Shown here: positions 51,966 through 63,329 of the stretch, in pieces | How positions within the stretch are numbered: the first letter of the stretch is position 1 | How the letters are laid out: each line of letters opens with the position of its first letter | From: Gammaproteobacteria bacterium | GTDB lineage: Bacteria; Pseudomonadota; Gammaproteobacteria; Eutrophobiales; Eutrophobiaceae | Direction of reading: 5' to 3' | Assembly: GCA_965243205.1 (NCBI GenBank) | Contig: CBDEUK010000002.1 | Span: 640,001 to 704,000 of the forward strand | DNA length: 64,000 bases | Notes under the pieces: model-generated | What the model was told of the DNA's origin: nothing | The model's database searches: none | What the model saw: the letters and a program-made list of their open reading frames with translations, nothing else | Position numbers and translations under genes: made by a program

Positions 51966-53123
51966 TTATGTACTACTATTATTAATTAAATCTTGCCAAT
52001 CAGATAAATATTTATTTGCAATATTTTCAACACTAAATAATTTAGACGTTGTAATAGCATTATTACTCATTTCAATTAACATTTCTCTTTTTTCAAAAGC
52101 TGTTCTCATTACTGAGATCAAAGATTCAGTAGGATTCTCAGATTTATGATCGAAAATAAAACAATTTTTGTCTTTTTCAGCAAATTCCTTAAAACATGCA
52201 AGGTTAGAAATTATCGGAGGAAAACCTAAGGCCATAGCCTCTAATGGGGCTACTCCAAATGCTTCACCTTTGTCAGCTAAAGAAGGGTAGCAATAAAAAT
52301 CTGTCTCTCTCATACGTTCAGCTAATTTTTTTGGCTCAGAAATAGATTTCTCAAATGAAACATCTAACCCATCAGCTATTTTTTTTAATTTTGATAGATA
52401 ATTATCTCCACTACCTCCATGTTGTATATCTACTGGACCTAAGATCGATAAGTGTACTGTTGGATATGATAAAGATAACTCTTTACAAGCTTCTACTAAT
52501 AAATGAACTCCTTTTTCTTCATGGACTCTGCCTGTATACAAAACTCTATACGAGTTCATCTTATGTAATTTTGCTTTATCGGGATAAAATGATTCCAAAT
52601 CAACTGGGTTAGGAACTACTTTTGTAATATTTTCAACTTGAGGTGTTTGTGAAATTATTTCATTAGAAATAGCAGAGCTTACAGCTGAAATTCTATCAAC
52701 ATTTTTATATAGACCCATTTGACCTTTAGGAAATCTAGCTACGTTCACAACTATTTTCCCAAGTTTTTTTCTTCTTAATTGCCCAATTACTGGCAACCAA
52801 AATACATTTGTGACTGTAACATCAGCTTGTGGAATATTAGCAAAAACTCTAAATGAATATAACGCATCTTTCAAAAGATCAATTTTTAATGATGATGATC
52901 TAGTATACCCACTCTTTCTTATTACTTTTAAATTTTTATTTATAATCTCAATTTTTTGCTGGCTTTCCCATTTCCTACCAATGACCGTCACCTGATGTCC
53001 TTGTTCTGATAGATGCTTAGCAACAGACATCCAACGTTTTTCCACAGCTCCCGAAGGACCTCCGCCAATAGGTAAAAAAGGGCCTGCCACTATGTTAATT
53101 CTTAAAAAATTATTATTGTTCAT
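51966..53123 (-). CDS. Glycosyltransferase family 4
   Basis: GAVE, YTGRVHEEKG, EAFGVAPLEAMA. Confidence 0.92.
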   Translation of the reverse strand: MNNNNFLRINIVAGPFLPIGGGPSGAVEKRWMSVAKHLSEQGHQVTVIGRKWESQQKIEIINKNLKVIRKSGYTRSSSLKIDLLKDALYSFRVFANIPQADVTVTNVFWLPVIGQLRRKKLGKIVVNVARFPKGQMGLYKNVDRISAVSSAISNEIISQTPQVENITKVVPNPVDLESFYPDKAKLHKMNSYRVLYTGRVHEEKGVHLLVEACKELSLSYPTVHLSILGPVDIQHGGSGDNYLSKLKKIADGLDVSFEKSISEPKKLAERMRETDFYCYPSLADKGEAFGVAPLEAMALGFPPIISNLACFKEFAEKDKNCFIFDHKSENPTESLISVMRTAFEKREMLIEMSNNAITTSKLFSVENIANKYLSDWQDLINNSST

Positions 53124-54282
53124 TTTTAATTAGAGTTTTGTGGTATAAATTTAGAGTCAATCTAGCTATTTTATTCCAGGTATATTTATTTGATATTAGT
53201 TTAATTGCTTTTTCTGAAATACTACTTCTAGTATTTTTTTCAATCTTTAAGAAAGATAATAATGTCTGTGTTAGATTATCAATCGTTTTTTTATTATCAT
53301 TTAACAACAGATTAAACTCCAACCCTACTTCTTCAATCACCACATCAGAAAAATTACATTTATCAGATATTACAACTGGTGTCCCTACACTTAATGCTTC
53401 CAATATTGCGACGCTAAAACCTTCTTGTCGAGAAGGCAAACAAAATATTTTAGCATGCTCCATCAAAAATAATTTATCAGAATTATAAACAGGACCTATA
53501 AAATCTATAGATTTTTTAATATTTAGCTGCTCGATTAGTTTCTGAATTTCTTCCAAATGCCCATCATCATTACCAGCTACTACTAATTTTAATTCTGGAT
53601 AATCATTCTGTGTTTTTTTTAAGGCAGGTATTAAATAATCGAGACCTTTTTTAAAATGAATCCTTGATAAAAATAAGATATAAGCTTGATTTTTATATTG
53701 TTTGATTTTATCAGACAGCTTGTCTTTATCGTAAATTCTATTTAAATCTATTCCATTTGGAATAATTTGAGTATTTACATTTGGAAAAACAGAGATGGTA
53801 TCTAGCTCTTCTTTCTTAGTAAGAACATGTACTGATTCTGAATTATTAAAATAGCTTTTCACATAGCACTGAATGGCCAATCTTTTTTTTAGTTTTTTTT
53901 GCTCTAAAGACCAAGGATCTAACATTCCATGGGGCATTATAATATATTTATAATTATTATTAATAATTAACCTTGAACTAAAATAAAGCATTAGCTCCCA
54001 TACCCCATGCATATGAAATATTAACTTTTCATCTTTATATTTATCAAGAAAATTTAATATTTTTGTTCGATCATTATTATTAATAAATTTAGTATTATTA
54101 TCTAACTCAATAATATTAATATTATGTTCTATTTCATTTAATATATTATTTTGTGAGTTTTTTGTGATAATTGTAACTTTTGCATCCAATTTATGTTGCG
54201 ATAAACCAAGATTACAAACCACTTCCCCAGGCCCGCCGTGCTTGCGGTTAATGGATCCAATAATATGAACAATGTGTAGCAT
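53113..54282 (-). CDS. Glycosyltransferase family 4
   Basis: GGP, PHGML, SRIHFKKG, EGFSVAILEAL. Confidence 0.92.
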   Translation of the reverse strand: MLHIVHIIGSINRKHGGPGEVVCNLGLSQHKLDAKVTIITKNSQNNILNEIEHNINIIELDNNTKFINNNDRTKILNFLDKYKDEKLIFHMHGVWELMLYFSSRLIINNNYKYIIMPHGMLDPWSLEQKKLKKRLAIQCYVKSYFNNSESVHVLTKKEELDTISVFPNVNTQIIPNGIDLNRIYDKDKLSDKIKQYKNQAYILFLSRIHFKKGLDYLIPALKKTQNDYPELKLVVAGNDDGHLEEIQKLIEQLNIKKSIDFIGPVYNSDKLFLMEHAKIFCLPSRQEGFSVAILEALSVGTPVVISDKCNFSDVVIEEVGLEFNLLLNDNKKTIDNLTQTLLSFLKIEKNTRSSISEKAIKLISNKYTWNKIARLTLNLYHKTLIKNEQ

Positions 54283-54311
54283 TTAGATATTTTATTTTTT
54301 ATAGTAAGAAA

Positions 54312-55451
54312 TTAATCTACACATGATTCTATTGCCTTATTAAAACCATTTAACATATTATCTAAAGAATATTTTTTCGAAGTCATCAATGCATTATTTG
54401 ATAATTCTTTTGCCTTTTTATTATTGTTTATAATTTCGAGACATTTTTCACTCATACTTTCTATTGAGCCATCTTCATAGAAATAGCCATTATAACCATC
54501 GATTAAAGATTCAATTTCAGGACCATGATTATTGATTAAATCACTAGTGATTACAGGAAGGCCATATTGAAAAGCGTGTATTAAACTAAGACCAATATTT
54601 GTAGGATAACAGCATAATTTAGAACTCAGCATCCAAGGGCATAAATCTTTTTGCTCATAAATCGCGCCAGTAAATATAACATTATCCAATCCTAATTTAT
54701 TTTTATATTCAATTAACGTTTGCTTTTGAGAACCATCACCAATAATAATTAATTTTATATTATTTTTTTTCATCAATTTCAAAGAGTCTAACAACATATC
54801 TATTTTGTTATTAGACTCTAATCTTGAAACAAAGATAATATTATTAGACTGGTTTAAATCATTTTCTAATTTGAAATCTACTAATTTATTACCATCCAGC
54901 CAAAATTCTTTAGCTATCGCAACCTCTTTATAATCTAATGCATTAGGCGCGATATATATATTATGATTTTTTAAGTTATCAATTTTTAAAATATTTTTTT
55001 TTACTGTATCACTATACAGTATAATCGCATCTGCAGTATTGGCAGCTAAATTTCTGACATAATCTCTAAAACTACCTGGTTCTTTAGAGTATCCATGACC
55101 CCATAAAATAATTGGCACATTAAATATTTTCGCAAAAAATAATGTAACCCACATTGATAAAAAACCTGAATCCCAAGGTAAAACGACAATATCATATTTT
55201 TTAAATAATACTGTTCCTATTTGTTTTAATTGAAATTTGATAACTTTATTACCTATTTTCAAATGTCTAACTGGAGCGGTTTTATAACTATAATTAGAAG
55301 ATTTCTTAATAGTGAATAAACTACCTTTAGAATCACCTGAATAAATCGTTAAATCATAATTGTATCTAGTTCCAAGCTCTTCAAAAAAAGGTTTTCGGTA
55401 AGAAGGAATTAATGGTTGGCATATTGCTAACTTAATCTTAGAAATTGACAT
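54312..55451 (-). CDS. Glycosyltransferase family 4-like
   Basis: PSYR, WGHG, VSRL, GLSLIHAFQYGLPVIT, HGPE. Confidence 0.85.
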   Translation of the reverse strand: MSISKIKLAICQPLIPSYRKPFFEELGTRYNYDLTIYSGDSKGSLFTIKKSSNYSYKTAPVRHLKIGNKVIKFQLKQIGTVLFKKYDIVVLPWDSGFLSMWVTLFFAKIFNVPIILWGHGYSKEPGSFRDYVRNLAANTADAIILYSDTVKKNILKIDNLKNHNIYIAPNALDYKEVAIAKEFWLDGNKLVDFKLENDLNQSNNIIFVSRLESNNKIDMLLDSLKLMKKNNIKLIIIGDGSQKQTLIEYKNKLGLDNVIFTGAIYEQKDLCPWMLSSKLCCYPTNIGLSLIHAFQYGLPVITSDLINNHGPEIESLIDGYNGYFYEDGSIESMSEKCLEIINNNKKAKELSNNALMTSKKYSLDNMLNGFNKAIESCVD

Positions 55452-55512
55452 AAATATACAGTGTCTTGTAATTTAAAGTATATTTTTTATAAAAATCGAT
55501 ATATCGTAAATA

Positions 55513-56886
55513 TCAAATAAAATATTCTTTTGTTTTTTTATAATTGTGATGTTGTTTTATCCTGAAATTTAAAACACTATAATTTAAAATAGCTAATATT
55601 AAATATGCGATAAAAAAACTTAAAGCTAAACCAAATGCACCAAATTTTGGTACAAGAGTACTAGCTAAGATGACCATTATAAAACTCCAGACAATATTTA
55701 CTTTTAACACTTCGCTTGCTTTATTCATTCCTAATAATGCACCACTAAATATTTTTGATAGCGCATGTAATGGTGCAGCAGCAACTAATAATACTAATAT
55801 CAACCAAGCCTCTTCAAATTCGGAGCCATAAAAAGACATTATCCACTGACTTAAAAATGAAATTATTAAAACGATTACACCGCCAACTATTATTAAACTA
55901 CGATATATCTTGGAAATAACTAAAGTAAATTCTTTTACTCTTCCCGCTTCCCATTCTTGAACCAAAACTGGAATGCTTGCAGACATTATTGCCATAGGAA
56001 TATATATCATTGGTCCGTGCCATTGATAAGCTGCTTGAAATAAACCAAGCTCCCCATAACCATCAATAGAATTAGCTAAAATAATCATAGAAAACCACAT
56101 AACTGGCGTAGCAAGTAAACTGGCTAAAGTCATTGGTAAACTATAATTTGTAAAAATATCTTTTTCTTCCCACCAATCGAAGTATGTAATTTTGATATTT
56201 TTTCTATTAATTTCCCTTAATAAGATAAATCGACCAATAAATATAACAATACAAGCACTGAGGCCTAAGCTTAATACTGTTCCTGAAACTCCCATAGTGT
56301 TCGTTAAAAACCAAATAAATATAATGAGAGATATCGCTTGAGTAATCGCTAATATGGCTACTAAATCAAAACGTTCTAATCCATATAAAGCTCCATTTTG
56401 AACACCATTAATTACAAGCGCAGCCATTAAGATAATTCCCCACAATAGAGGCTCTGCTAATTTTTTAGAATTAAATATAAATTCAGATATATAATCAGCT
56501 GAAAAAAATAAAATCGATCCTGCTATTGTAACTAAAATTAAAGCAACGATATCTAACATACCTATAACACGACCAACTCTTGAAGGATTAGATTCAATGT
56601 AATTTGCAACAAATCGTGTTCCTGTATTTCCAAGACCTACTCCTGCAAATAAACCAGCCACACCGATAGTTGATTGTATTATCGCAAACTCACCAAAAAG
56701 ATCTTTTCCAAGTATTCTTGCAGCCATTATCATAGCTAACAAAGTAAGTAATCTAGATGCACCATTCCCACATACAACCCAGATTGAACCTTTTAAAATT
56801 CGTTTAGCAAGTGAAGATTCTGAAATAGATTTATAAATAGATACTGGAAGAAATTTCCTAGAAAAATAATTCAAATATTTAAACAC
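55513..56886 (-). CDS. wzx: Wzx-type oligosaccharide flippase
   Basis: About 12 TM, ARILG..FG, PKFGAFGLA; in polysaccharide cluster. Confidence 0.85.
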   Translation of the reverse strand: MFKYLNYFSRKFLPVSIYKSISESSLAKRILKGSIWVVCGNGASRLLTLLAMIMAARILGKDLFGEFAIIQSTIGVAGLFAGVGLGNTGTRFVANYIESNPSRVGRVIGMLDIVALILVTIAGSILFFSADYISEFIFNSKKLAEPLLWGIILMAALVINGVQNGALYGLERFDLVAILAITQAISLIIFIWFLTNTMGVSGTVLSLGLSACIVIFIGRFILLREINRKNIKITYFDWWEEKDIFTNYSLPMTLASLLATPVMWFSMIILANSIDGYGELGLFQAAYQWHGPMIYIPMAIMSASIPVLVQEWEAGRVKEFTLVISKIYRSLIIVGGVIVLIISFLSQWIMSFYGSEFEEAWLILVLLVAAAPLHALSKIFSGALLGMNKASEVLKVNIVWSFIMVILASTLVPKFGAFGLALSFFIAYLILAILNYSVLNFRIKQHHNYKKTKEYFI

Positions 56887-56888
56887 TT

Positions 56889-57767
56889 TTATATATCATT
56901 CTCACAAGTAGATTTATTTTTTACATCAAGTGCTTTAATAAACTTTTGTGTCTCTAACCACCAATCTGAATCATTTGACCATGTTCTTGAGTTACCTGAC
57001 CATATTACTATTCCATCAGCATGGCAAAATATCGTTTCTAACTGAACTGCCCAATAATTTTTATCTATCAATTGGCCTTTACGTAATTTGTTAGAATCAT
57101 GATAAAAAGGCATAACGAATGCATAAACAGGTTTGCCTTTAGCAAGCCTTTTAGCTTCTATTAAATTAGCTTCCGCATATTTAATCCAACCATCAATATC
57201 TGTATAAAATGTATAGATAGACGGATACAAAGCATCTACACTATCTGCAAACCTCATTAATTTATCATTTTCTTTATGCCACTGATTCTTTTTAGAATTA
57301 CCTTTCTTTTGTTTTGCCCGCCAATAATCACGAATAGGAACCATTCCATAATAGCCATATGAAATATTATTATTAATATTTCTTGCTTGATTAATAATTT
57401 CTATATATTTATTTATACTTTCTTCAACTAAATTATCTTTGCCTGTTAACTTCCAATGTTCCACATCAAAAATTAACAATCCATCTTTAGTCGTGCGTGA
57501 ATGATTTAATATTTTTTTTAGTCTTGATAATCTAGGAGTATTAACTCTGTCTTCATTCTTATGCCATAATTCACCACTATATATTATTTTTATTTCTTCA
57601 AGACCATATACAGTTAAATCAGGTTTTTTCTTAAAATTCATTGCATCAAAAATGCGGAAGTCATTAGATGCATATGAAAAATTTGAATTAAATAAAATAT
57701 AAAATATGAATAATATAATTCCATATTTTAGGAAAATTGAATAATTAAAATCTAATATTTTATTCAT
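56889..57767 (-). CDS. Exported putative TIM-barrel glycoside hydrolase (hyaluronidase-like)
   Basis: Signal peptide; FDVEHW, YGYYG, ALYPSIY, ADGIVIW. Confidence 0.7.
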   Translation of the reverse strand: MNKILDFNYSIFLKYGIILFIFYILFNSNFSYASNDFRIFDAMNFKKKPDLTVYGLEEIKIIYSGELWHKNEDRVNTPRLSRLKKILNHSRTTKDGLLIFDVEHWKLTGKDNLVEESINKYIEIINQARNINNNISYGYYGMVPIRDYWRAKQKKGNSKKNQWHKENDKLMRFADSVDALYPSIYTFYTDIDGWIKYAEANLIEAKRLAKGKPVYAFVMPFYHDSNKLRKGQLIDKNYWAVQLETIFCHADGIVIWSGNSRTWSNDSDWWLETQKFIKALDVKNKSTCENDI

Positions 57768-57810
57768 AATGTTTTATTTATATTAAGTGTTAACACATTA
57801 GACAGTACAG

Positions 57811-59064
57811 TTATGTAGTTAGCATCTTCTTAGTTCTTTTCATAGCTTCCATTTTTCCAACTAAGATAACCATCATAAAAAATACCATATTCCCAAGTAA
57901 GCTACCTTGCTTTAAAGAAAGTAATAAATAAAATAATAATATAGACATGATAATAACAACAACTGTTCTTCTTTCTTTATCTTTGCTACTCATTTTTAAT
58001 AGCCATCTTATTTTTTTATAGACCAAGATTAATATTATTAAATAAATGCAAAAACCAATTATCCCTTCTTCTGCTAATATTTCTACGGGAACATTATGTG
58101 GATAAAAACCAATTAGGTCGTATGAGGAGCCATTACCTAAACCTGCTATTATTGCAAATGGATCTTCTACCCAAATTTTTAATAACATTATACTAGCTCT
58201 AAACCTATCCATAACTACTTCAGTGTTTTCATCTTTAGACCAACGACTACTATCTGACCATATGTCATTGATAAAACTTCCTGCTATGAATATTAAAAAA
58301 CTAGCCATAATAATCAGTAATATATAACTACCTATTTTATTTGTACTATATCTTAACGGCCAAAGAATCATCGGTACTAACAGAGCTCCTATCATCTGAC
58401 CTCTTGAGCCTGAAAGAGCAAGTACGTAAACACATAAACCAATTACAACATATTTTATAACAGACCAATATTTACGAAATAAAGTTGGCATGTGAAATAT
58501 GCTTACTAATAAGATAATACCTGCTAAAGTAGAAATTTCTAATGGATTACCATATACACCATAACTGCTATTTAAAAGAATCCTACGACCATCCCATTCA
58601 ACATAAAAAGCTAATAGAAATAATAATGGTGTGGAAAAAAGTATTAAATAATCAAATATAACAAAAAAATCTTTTGTTCTTTGTACTAATAGAGGAGCTA
58701 AACCAAGAATTAAAAGCAAATAAGGACCTTGAGATATCCATTTACTTGTACCTAACTCTATATTTTGTGACCATACAACAGTTATACATGCATAAATATA
58801 TAAAAAAAACGTATAAAATTTTATTGAATTATTTCTGTTTTGTGGAATTGACTTAAAAAATAATTTTTTACTGAGATATCCTGAAAGAACTATGAATGCA
58901 ATTGCATAATTAGTAATCGAACTATATGTTAATAACATAGGGATTACTGATTGTCCCCATTGCTCTAAACTAAACATAATTAAAACAGAGACAATACCAA
59001 CAGGAGGCTTTAAGATGGTTAGAATAAAAAGCCCGCTTAAAATCAAATAATAAGTTATTTGCAT
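57811..59064 (-). CDS. Wzy polymerase / O-antigen ligase family protein
   Basis: Multi-TM, SGSRG, GLG.G, PHN..EILAEEGIIG. Confidence 0.82.
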   Translation of the reverse strand: MQITYYLILSGLFILTILKPPVGIVSVLIMFSLEQWGQSVIPMLLTYSSITNYAIAFIVLSGYLSKKLFFKSIPQNRNNSIKFYTFFLYIYACITVVWSQNIELGTSKWISQGPYLLLILGLAPLLVQRTKDFFVIFDYLILFSTPLLFLLAFYVEWDGRRILLNSSYGVYGNPLEISTLAGIILLVSIFHMPTLFRKYWSVIKYVVIGLCVYVLALSGSRGQMIGALLVPMILWPLRYSTNKIGSYILLIIMASFLIFIAGSFINDIWSDSSRWSKDENTEVVMDRFRASIMLLKIWVEDPFAIIAGLGNGSSYDLIGFYPHNVPVEILAEEGIIGFCIYLIILILVYKKIRWLLKMSSKDKERRTVVVIIMSILLFYLLLSLKQGSLLGNMVFFMMVILVGKMEAMKRTKKMLTT

Positions 59065-59110
59065 TAATCTAACTAATATAGTTCGATACTATTCAAATTA
59101 ATAAAATACA

Positions 59111-60040
59111 TTATTTAATATTTTCTTTATATTTTTTATATGTGATACCAATACCTTTTTCTAAAGTAACTTTAGCTTGCCATCCTAATGAATTTATTTT
59201 CTTAGTATCTACTAACTTTCTTGGTGTACCATCTGGTTTTGATTCATCATTTACTAATTCACCTTCATAGCCTACAATTTTTTTCACAAGTAATGCTAAA
59301 TCTTGTATAGAAATATCTTCACCAACACCGATATTAACAATATCTTCATCACTATAGTTTTCCATCAAAAATAAACAGGCATCTGCACAGTCATCAACAT
59401 AACAAAACTCTCTTTTAGGTGTTCCAGTTCCCCAGATAGTTACTGTGGTATCTCCATTATTTTTTGCTTCATGAAACTTTCTAATTAAAGCAGGTAATAC
59501 ATGAGAGTTTTGTAAATCGAAATTATCTCCAGGGCCATAAAGGTTGGTAGGCATTGCAGAAATAAAATCACAACCATATTGTTTTCGATATGCTTGGCAC
59601 ATTTTTATGCCTGATATTTTTGCTATCGCATACCATTCATTCGTCGGTTCTAATGAACCAGTTAATAAATATTCTTCTTTTAATGGTTGAGGGGATAGTT
59701 TTGGGTAGATACATGTACTACCTAAGAATAATAATTTTTTTACATTATATTGATGAGCTCCATGAATAATATTATTCTGCATCATTATATTGTCGTAAAT
59801 AAACTCTGCAGGATAAGTATTGTTTGCATAGATACCACCAACTTTTGCAGCTGCTAAAAAAATGTATTCTGGTTTTTCTTGTTCATAAAACTCTTGTACT
59901 GCTTGTTGATCTCTCAAGTCGAGTTCTTTACTTGAACGTTTAATAATATTCAAATATCCACGCGACTCTAATGCTCGTACAATAGCAGAACCAACTAAGC
60001 CATTATGGCCAGCCACATATATTTTTGAATTATTATTCAT
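59111..60040 (-). CDS. fcl: GDP-L-fucose synthase
   Basis: AGHNGLVGSA, AAAKVGGI, YAIAK, PTNLYGP, HVLPAL. Confidence 0.97.
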   Translation of the reverse strand: MNNNSKIYVAGHNGLVGSAIVRALESRGYLNIIKRSSKELDLRDQQAVQEFYEQEKPEYIFLAAAKVGGIYANNTYPAEFIYDNIMMQNNIIHGAHQYNVKKLLFLGSTCIYPKLSPQPLKEEYLLTGSLEPTNEWYAIAKISGIKMCQAYRKQYGCDFISAMPTNLYGPGDNFDLQNSHVLPALIRKFHEAKNNGDTTVTIWGTGTPKREFCYVDDCADACLFLMENYSDEDIVNIGVGEDISIQDLALLVKKIVGYEGELVNDESKPDGTPRKLVDTKKINSLGWQAKVTLEKGIGITYKKYKENIK

Positions 60041-60138
60041 GGAACTACTTATCTAAATGAGTATTTTTATCGTAGATAATTAAATAAAGGAATGAATAAA
60101 TCTTTAATTCTTAGATTGAATAAAAAATTAAAAAATAG

Positions 60139-61227
60139 CTATTCAAAATAATTAAAAACTTTGAAGCCTTCTTTAATGCAAAACTCATCTTTCTGAGCAA
60201 GATGTATATCCTCTCTAACCATTTCAGAGACCATCTCTTCGACAGATGTTTTCGGCTCCCATCCTAATTTATCTTTGGCTTTTTTAGGATTACCTAATAA
60301 AGTTTCTACTTCAGTTGGTCTAAAATACTTTGGATCAACTTTGACTAAAAGGTTTCCTGACTTCCTATCAATACCTTGTTCATTAACCCCACTACCTTGC
60401 CAATCGAGTTCAATATCAACTTCAAAAAATGCTGCATTCACAAAATCACGAACGGATATTTGTTTACCTGTAGCAATTACAAAATCTTCAGGTTCATCTT
60501 GTTGTAGAATTAGCCATTGAGCTTCAACATAATCCTTTGCATGCCCCCAGTCACGTAACGAATCTAAATTTCCTAAATATAATGTATCCTGTAAACCTAA
60601 ATGTATTCGAGCAACAGCTCGAGTTATTTTGCGTGTAACAAATGTTTCACCACGTACAGGCGATTCGTGATTGAATAAAATACCGTTACAAGCAAACATA
60701 TTATATGCTTCACGATAATTCACACAGATCCAATATGCATAAACTTTAGCAGCACCATATGGGCTACGTGGATAAAAAGGCGTAGTTTCAGTTTGAGGTA
60801 TTTCTTGTACCTTACCAAACATCTCACTCGTTGAAGCTTGATAAAATCGGGTTTTATTTTCTAAACCTAATATGCGTATCGCTTCTAATATTCTTAATGA
60901 ACCAATCGCATCAGCGTTAGCGGTATATTCTGGAGTCTCAAATGATACCGCCACATGTGATTGTGCAGCGAGATTATATATTTCATCAGGTTGAACTTCT
61001 TGGATAATACGAATTAAGTTTGTAGAGTCAGTTAAATCTCCATAATGTAAAACTAAGTTACGATTTTCAACATGAGGGTCTTGATATAGATGATCAATAC
61101 GGTCAGTGTTAAAACTGGATGCTCGGCGCTTAATGCCATGCACCATATAACCCTTTTTTAATAAAAATTCTGCTAAATAAGCCCCATCCTGCCCTGTGAT
61201 TCCAGTGATTAATGCTGTTTTATTCAT
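60139..61227 (-). CDS. gmd: GDP-mannose 4,6-dehydratase
   Basis: [39 protein letters not shown]. Confidence 0.98.
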   Translation of the reverse strand: MNKTALITGITGQDGAYLAEFLLKKGYMVHGIKRRASSFNTDRIDHLYQDPHVENRNLVLHYGDLTDSTNLIRIIQEVQPDEIYNLAAQSHVAVSFETPEYTANADAIGSLRILEAIRILGLENKTRFYQASTSEMFGKVQEIPQTETTPFYPRSPYGAAKVYAYWICVNYREAYNMFACNGILFNHESPVRGETFVTRKITRAVARIHLGLQDTLYLGNLDSLRDWGHAKDYVEAQWLILQQDEPEDFVIATGKQISVRDFVNAAFFEVDIELDWQGSGVNEQGIDRKSGNLLVKVDPKYFRPTEVETLLGNPKKAKDKLGWEPKTSVEEMVSEMVREDIHLAQKDEFCIKEGFKVFNYFE

Positions 61228-61259
61228 TATATATGTATCTTATAAAAGGTTAAAAAATG

Positions 61260-62243
61260 TTATCGATAGTAGCGTTTATTTTGTTCCCAGTTTAGGGCGC
61301 TTTTCACTATTACATCGATATTATCGTACTGTGGCTGCCAACCAGTTAACTTACGTAGTTTATCGGAATTTGCTGTTAGGCTGGGTGGATCACCTGCTCT
61401 TCTAGGCTCTTCTACTGTATTAATTGGTGTTCCATGAATAATATCAAGAGCATCAACTACTTGCTTAACACTGTATCCATGACCATAACCTGCATTACAT
61501 ACCGTCGAATCACCACCTTGTTCTAAATACTCTAATGCTTTTAAGTGTGCATCGGCTAAATCCATCACATGAATATAGTCACGAACACCAGTTCCATCTA
61601 CTGTGTCATAATCCGTTCCAAAAATTTTCAAGTGTTCACGTTTACCAATCGCCACTTCACAAGCTACTTTAATTAATAAAGTAGCTTCAGGTGTTGATTG
61701 CCCAATCTCACCTTCAGGATCACAACCTGCAACATTAAAATAACGTAAAGCAACATAATTCATATCAGATGCGGCACATAAATCTCTTAACATAATTTCA
61801 CTCATCAGTTTTGATGTGCCATAAGGATTGATAGGCTGTTGCTTCGCATCTTCAGTAATCGGTTTATCTTTATCAGGAATTCCATAAACGGCAGCTGTAG
61901 AGGAAAAGATAAAATATTTCACACCCGCTTTTGAACAACATTCTAATAAGTTACGTGTATTAGCCGTATTATTCTCATAGTATTTTAATGGGTCCGATAC
62001 AGATTCAGGAACAATAGTAAAAGCAGCAAAATGCATAACTGCCTCAATATTATTTTCATTTAGAATTTTTGAAACTAATTCTTTATCGCCTGTATTACCG
62101 ACTACTAACTCACCATACAAAACCGCTTCTTTAAAACCTTTAGATAAATTATCCAGTACGACTATATTATGTCCTTGTTGACCAAGAAGTTTTACTACGT
62201 GGCTACCAATATAACCTGCTCCACCTGTTACTAATATATTCAT
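61260..62243 (-). CDS. galE: UDP-glucose 4-epimerase
   Basis: TGGAGYIGSH, SSTAAVYG, PYGTSK, LRYFN, RDYIHV. Confidence 0.96.
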   Translation of the reverse strand: MNILVTGGAGYIGSHVVKLLGQQGHNIVVLDNLSKGFKEAVLYGELVVGNTGDKELVSKILNENNIEAVMHFAAFTIVPESVSDPLKYYENNTANTRNLLECCSKAGVKYFIFSSTAAVYGIPDKDKPITEDAKQQPINPYGTSKLMSEIMLRDLCAASDMNYVALRYFNVAGCDPEGEIGQSTPEATLLIKVACEVAIGKREHLKIFGTDYDTVDGTGVRDYIHVMDLADAHLKALEYLEQGGDSTVCNAGYGHGYSVKQVVDALDIIHGTPINTVEEPRRAGDPPSLTANSDKLRKLTGWQPQYDNIDVIVKSALNWEQNKRYYR

Positions 62244-62264
62244 CTTTTAATGATTCCTAATAAA

Positions 62265-63317
62265 TTATTTTGCAAAAGGCCTTGCTAATGGCTCACCTAC
62301 AAACACACCTTGTCCTGGCATTCTGACACTTTTCCAATAAGCTTCCACTACAGTATCACCTTGAAGATAATGATGCATCATAACTAATGGATATGGAAAC
62401 TTAGTTAAAAAATTACATGGCTCAACAACCGTTCCATAACTGGCAGTTGCTCCAGCTTCTAACCAACGTAATATACTCATTTGAAAATTATTTTTACGTA
62501 ACAATTTTTCTTTTTTAATCTCATTTAATTTCCTTAATAAACCACCTGCTGAAGTTAAATGATCTGCAACTGCACCAGGTAGAAATTGATTAGTATTTAT
62601 GTCTTTAACTCGACTAACTCCTGTAAAATAAAACATAACATCTTTTTTAGATAACAATATGTCTTTTTTAAGTATCTTTATATTAAATCGGCTAGACAAT
62701 AAAGCATATATTTTATTAAACCATTGTGATCTAACGTTGCGATTTATATCCGATGTACTTAACAAATAAGCAGTTCCTTTCGGATGAGTATCATCTGAAC
62801 TAATACCAGTTTCTATAGTATTTTTCACATCTAGAATGGAACCGCCTGCTAACATCATTGATGGTCTAATTTTAAAATCTTCAAATGGACGGTTTGAATC
62901 ACTATTATAATAATCCATAACTTTAGTAGGCTTGCATCCCTTTGCACAATAAACTTTATCAAAACCTAAAGTGATAGCGCTGGTTAATGACATACAATCT
63001 ACACGAAAAGGCTTTGTCCACGCTACCGCCAAGCCTTGCAAATCATTCTGCAAACTTTGCGCATCTATAATCTTTTTTATCTTTGTGAAGTCATTAACTG
63101 ACATCACATCACCTGAAGATTTAAAATTAACATATATAATATTATCTTCAGGAATAGCTCTTCTTTGAGCATAATATTTTCCAATCTCAATACTGGTTGG
63201 ATCATTATTATTTACTATAATGCCAAGATTTAAATTCGATAACCTCTCTTCACCTGCAAATAAGGAATTGTTCCCAATTATTAAAACAAGTAAAACGACA
63301 GAATATCTAATAGCCAC
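62265..63317 (-). CDS. TIGR03790-family protein (PEP-CTERM/EPS associated)
   Basis: YYA.RR.IP..N, RPSMML, ADHLTSAGG, GATASYGTVVEPC, GEPLARPF. Confidence 0.8.
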   Translation of the reverse strand: MAIRYSVVLLVLIIGNNSLFAGEERLSNLNLGIIVNNNDPTSIEIGKYYAQRRAIPEDNIIYVNFKSSGDVMSVNDFTKIKKIIDAQSLQNDLQGLAVAWTKPFRVDCMSLTSAITLGFDKVYCAKGCKPTKVMDYYNSDSNRPFEDFKIRPSMMLAGGSILDVKNTIETGISSDDTHPKGTAYLLSTSDINRNVRSQWFNKIYALLSSRFNIKILKKDILLSKKDVMFYFTGVSRVKDINTNQFLPGAVADHLTSAGGLLRKLNEIKKEKLLRKNNFQMSILRWLEAGATASYGTVVEPCNFLTKFPYPLVMMHHYLQGDTVVEAYWKSVRMPGQGVFVGEPLARPFAK

Positions 63318-63329
63318 TGAACCTAAGAT

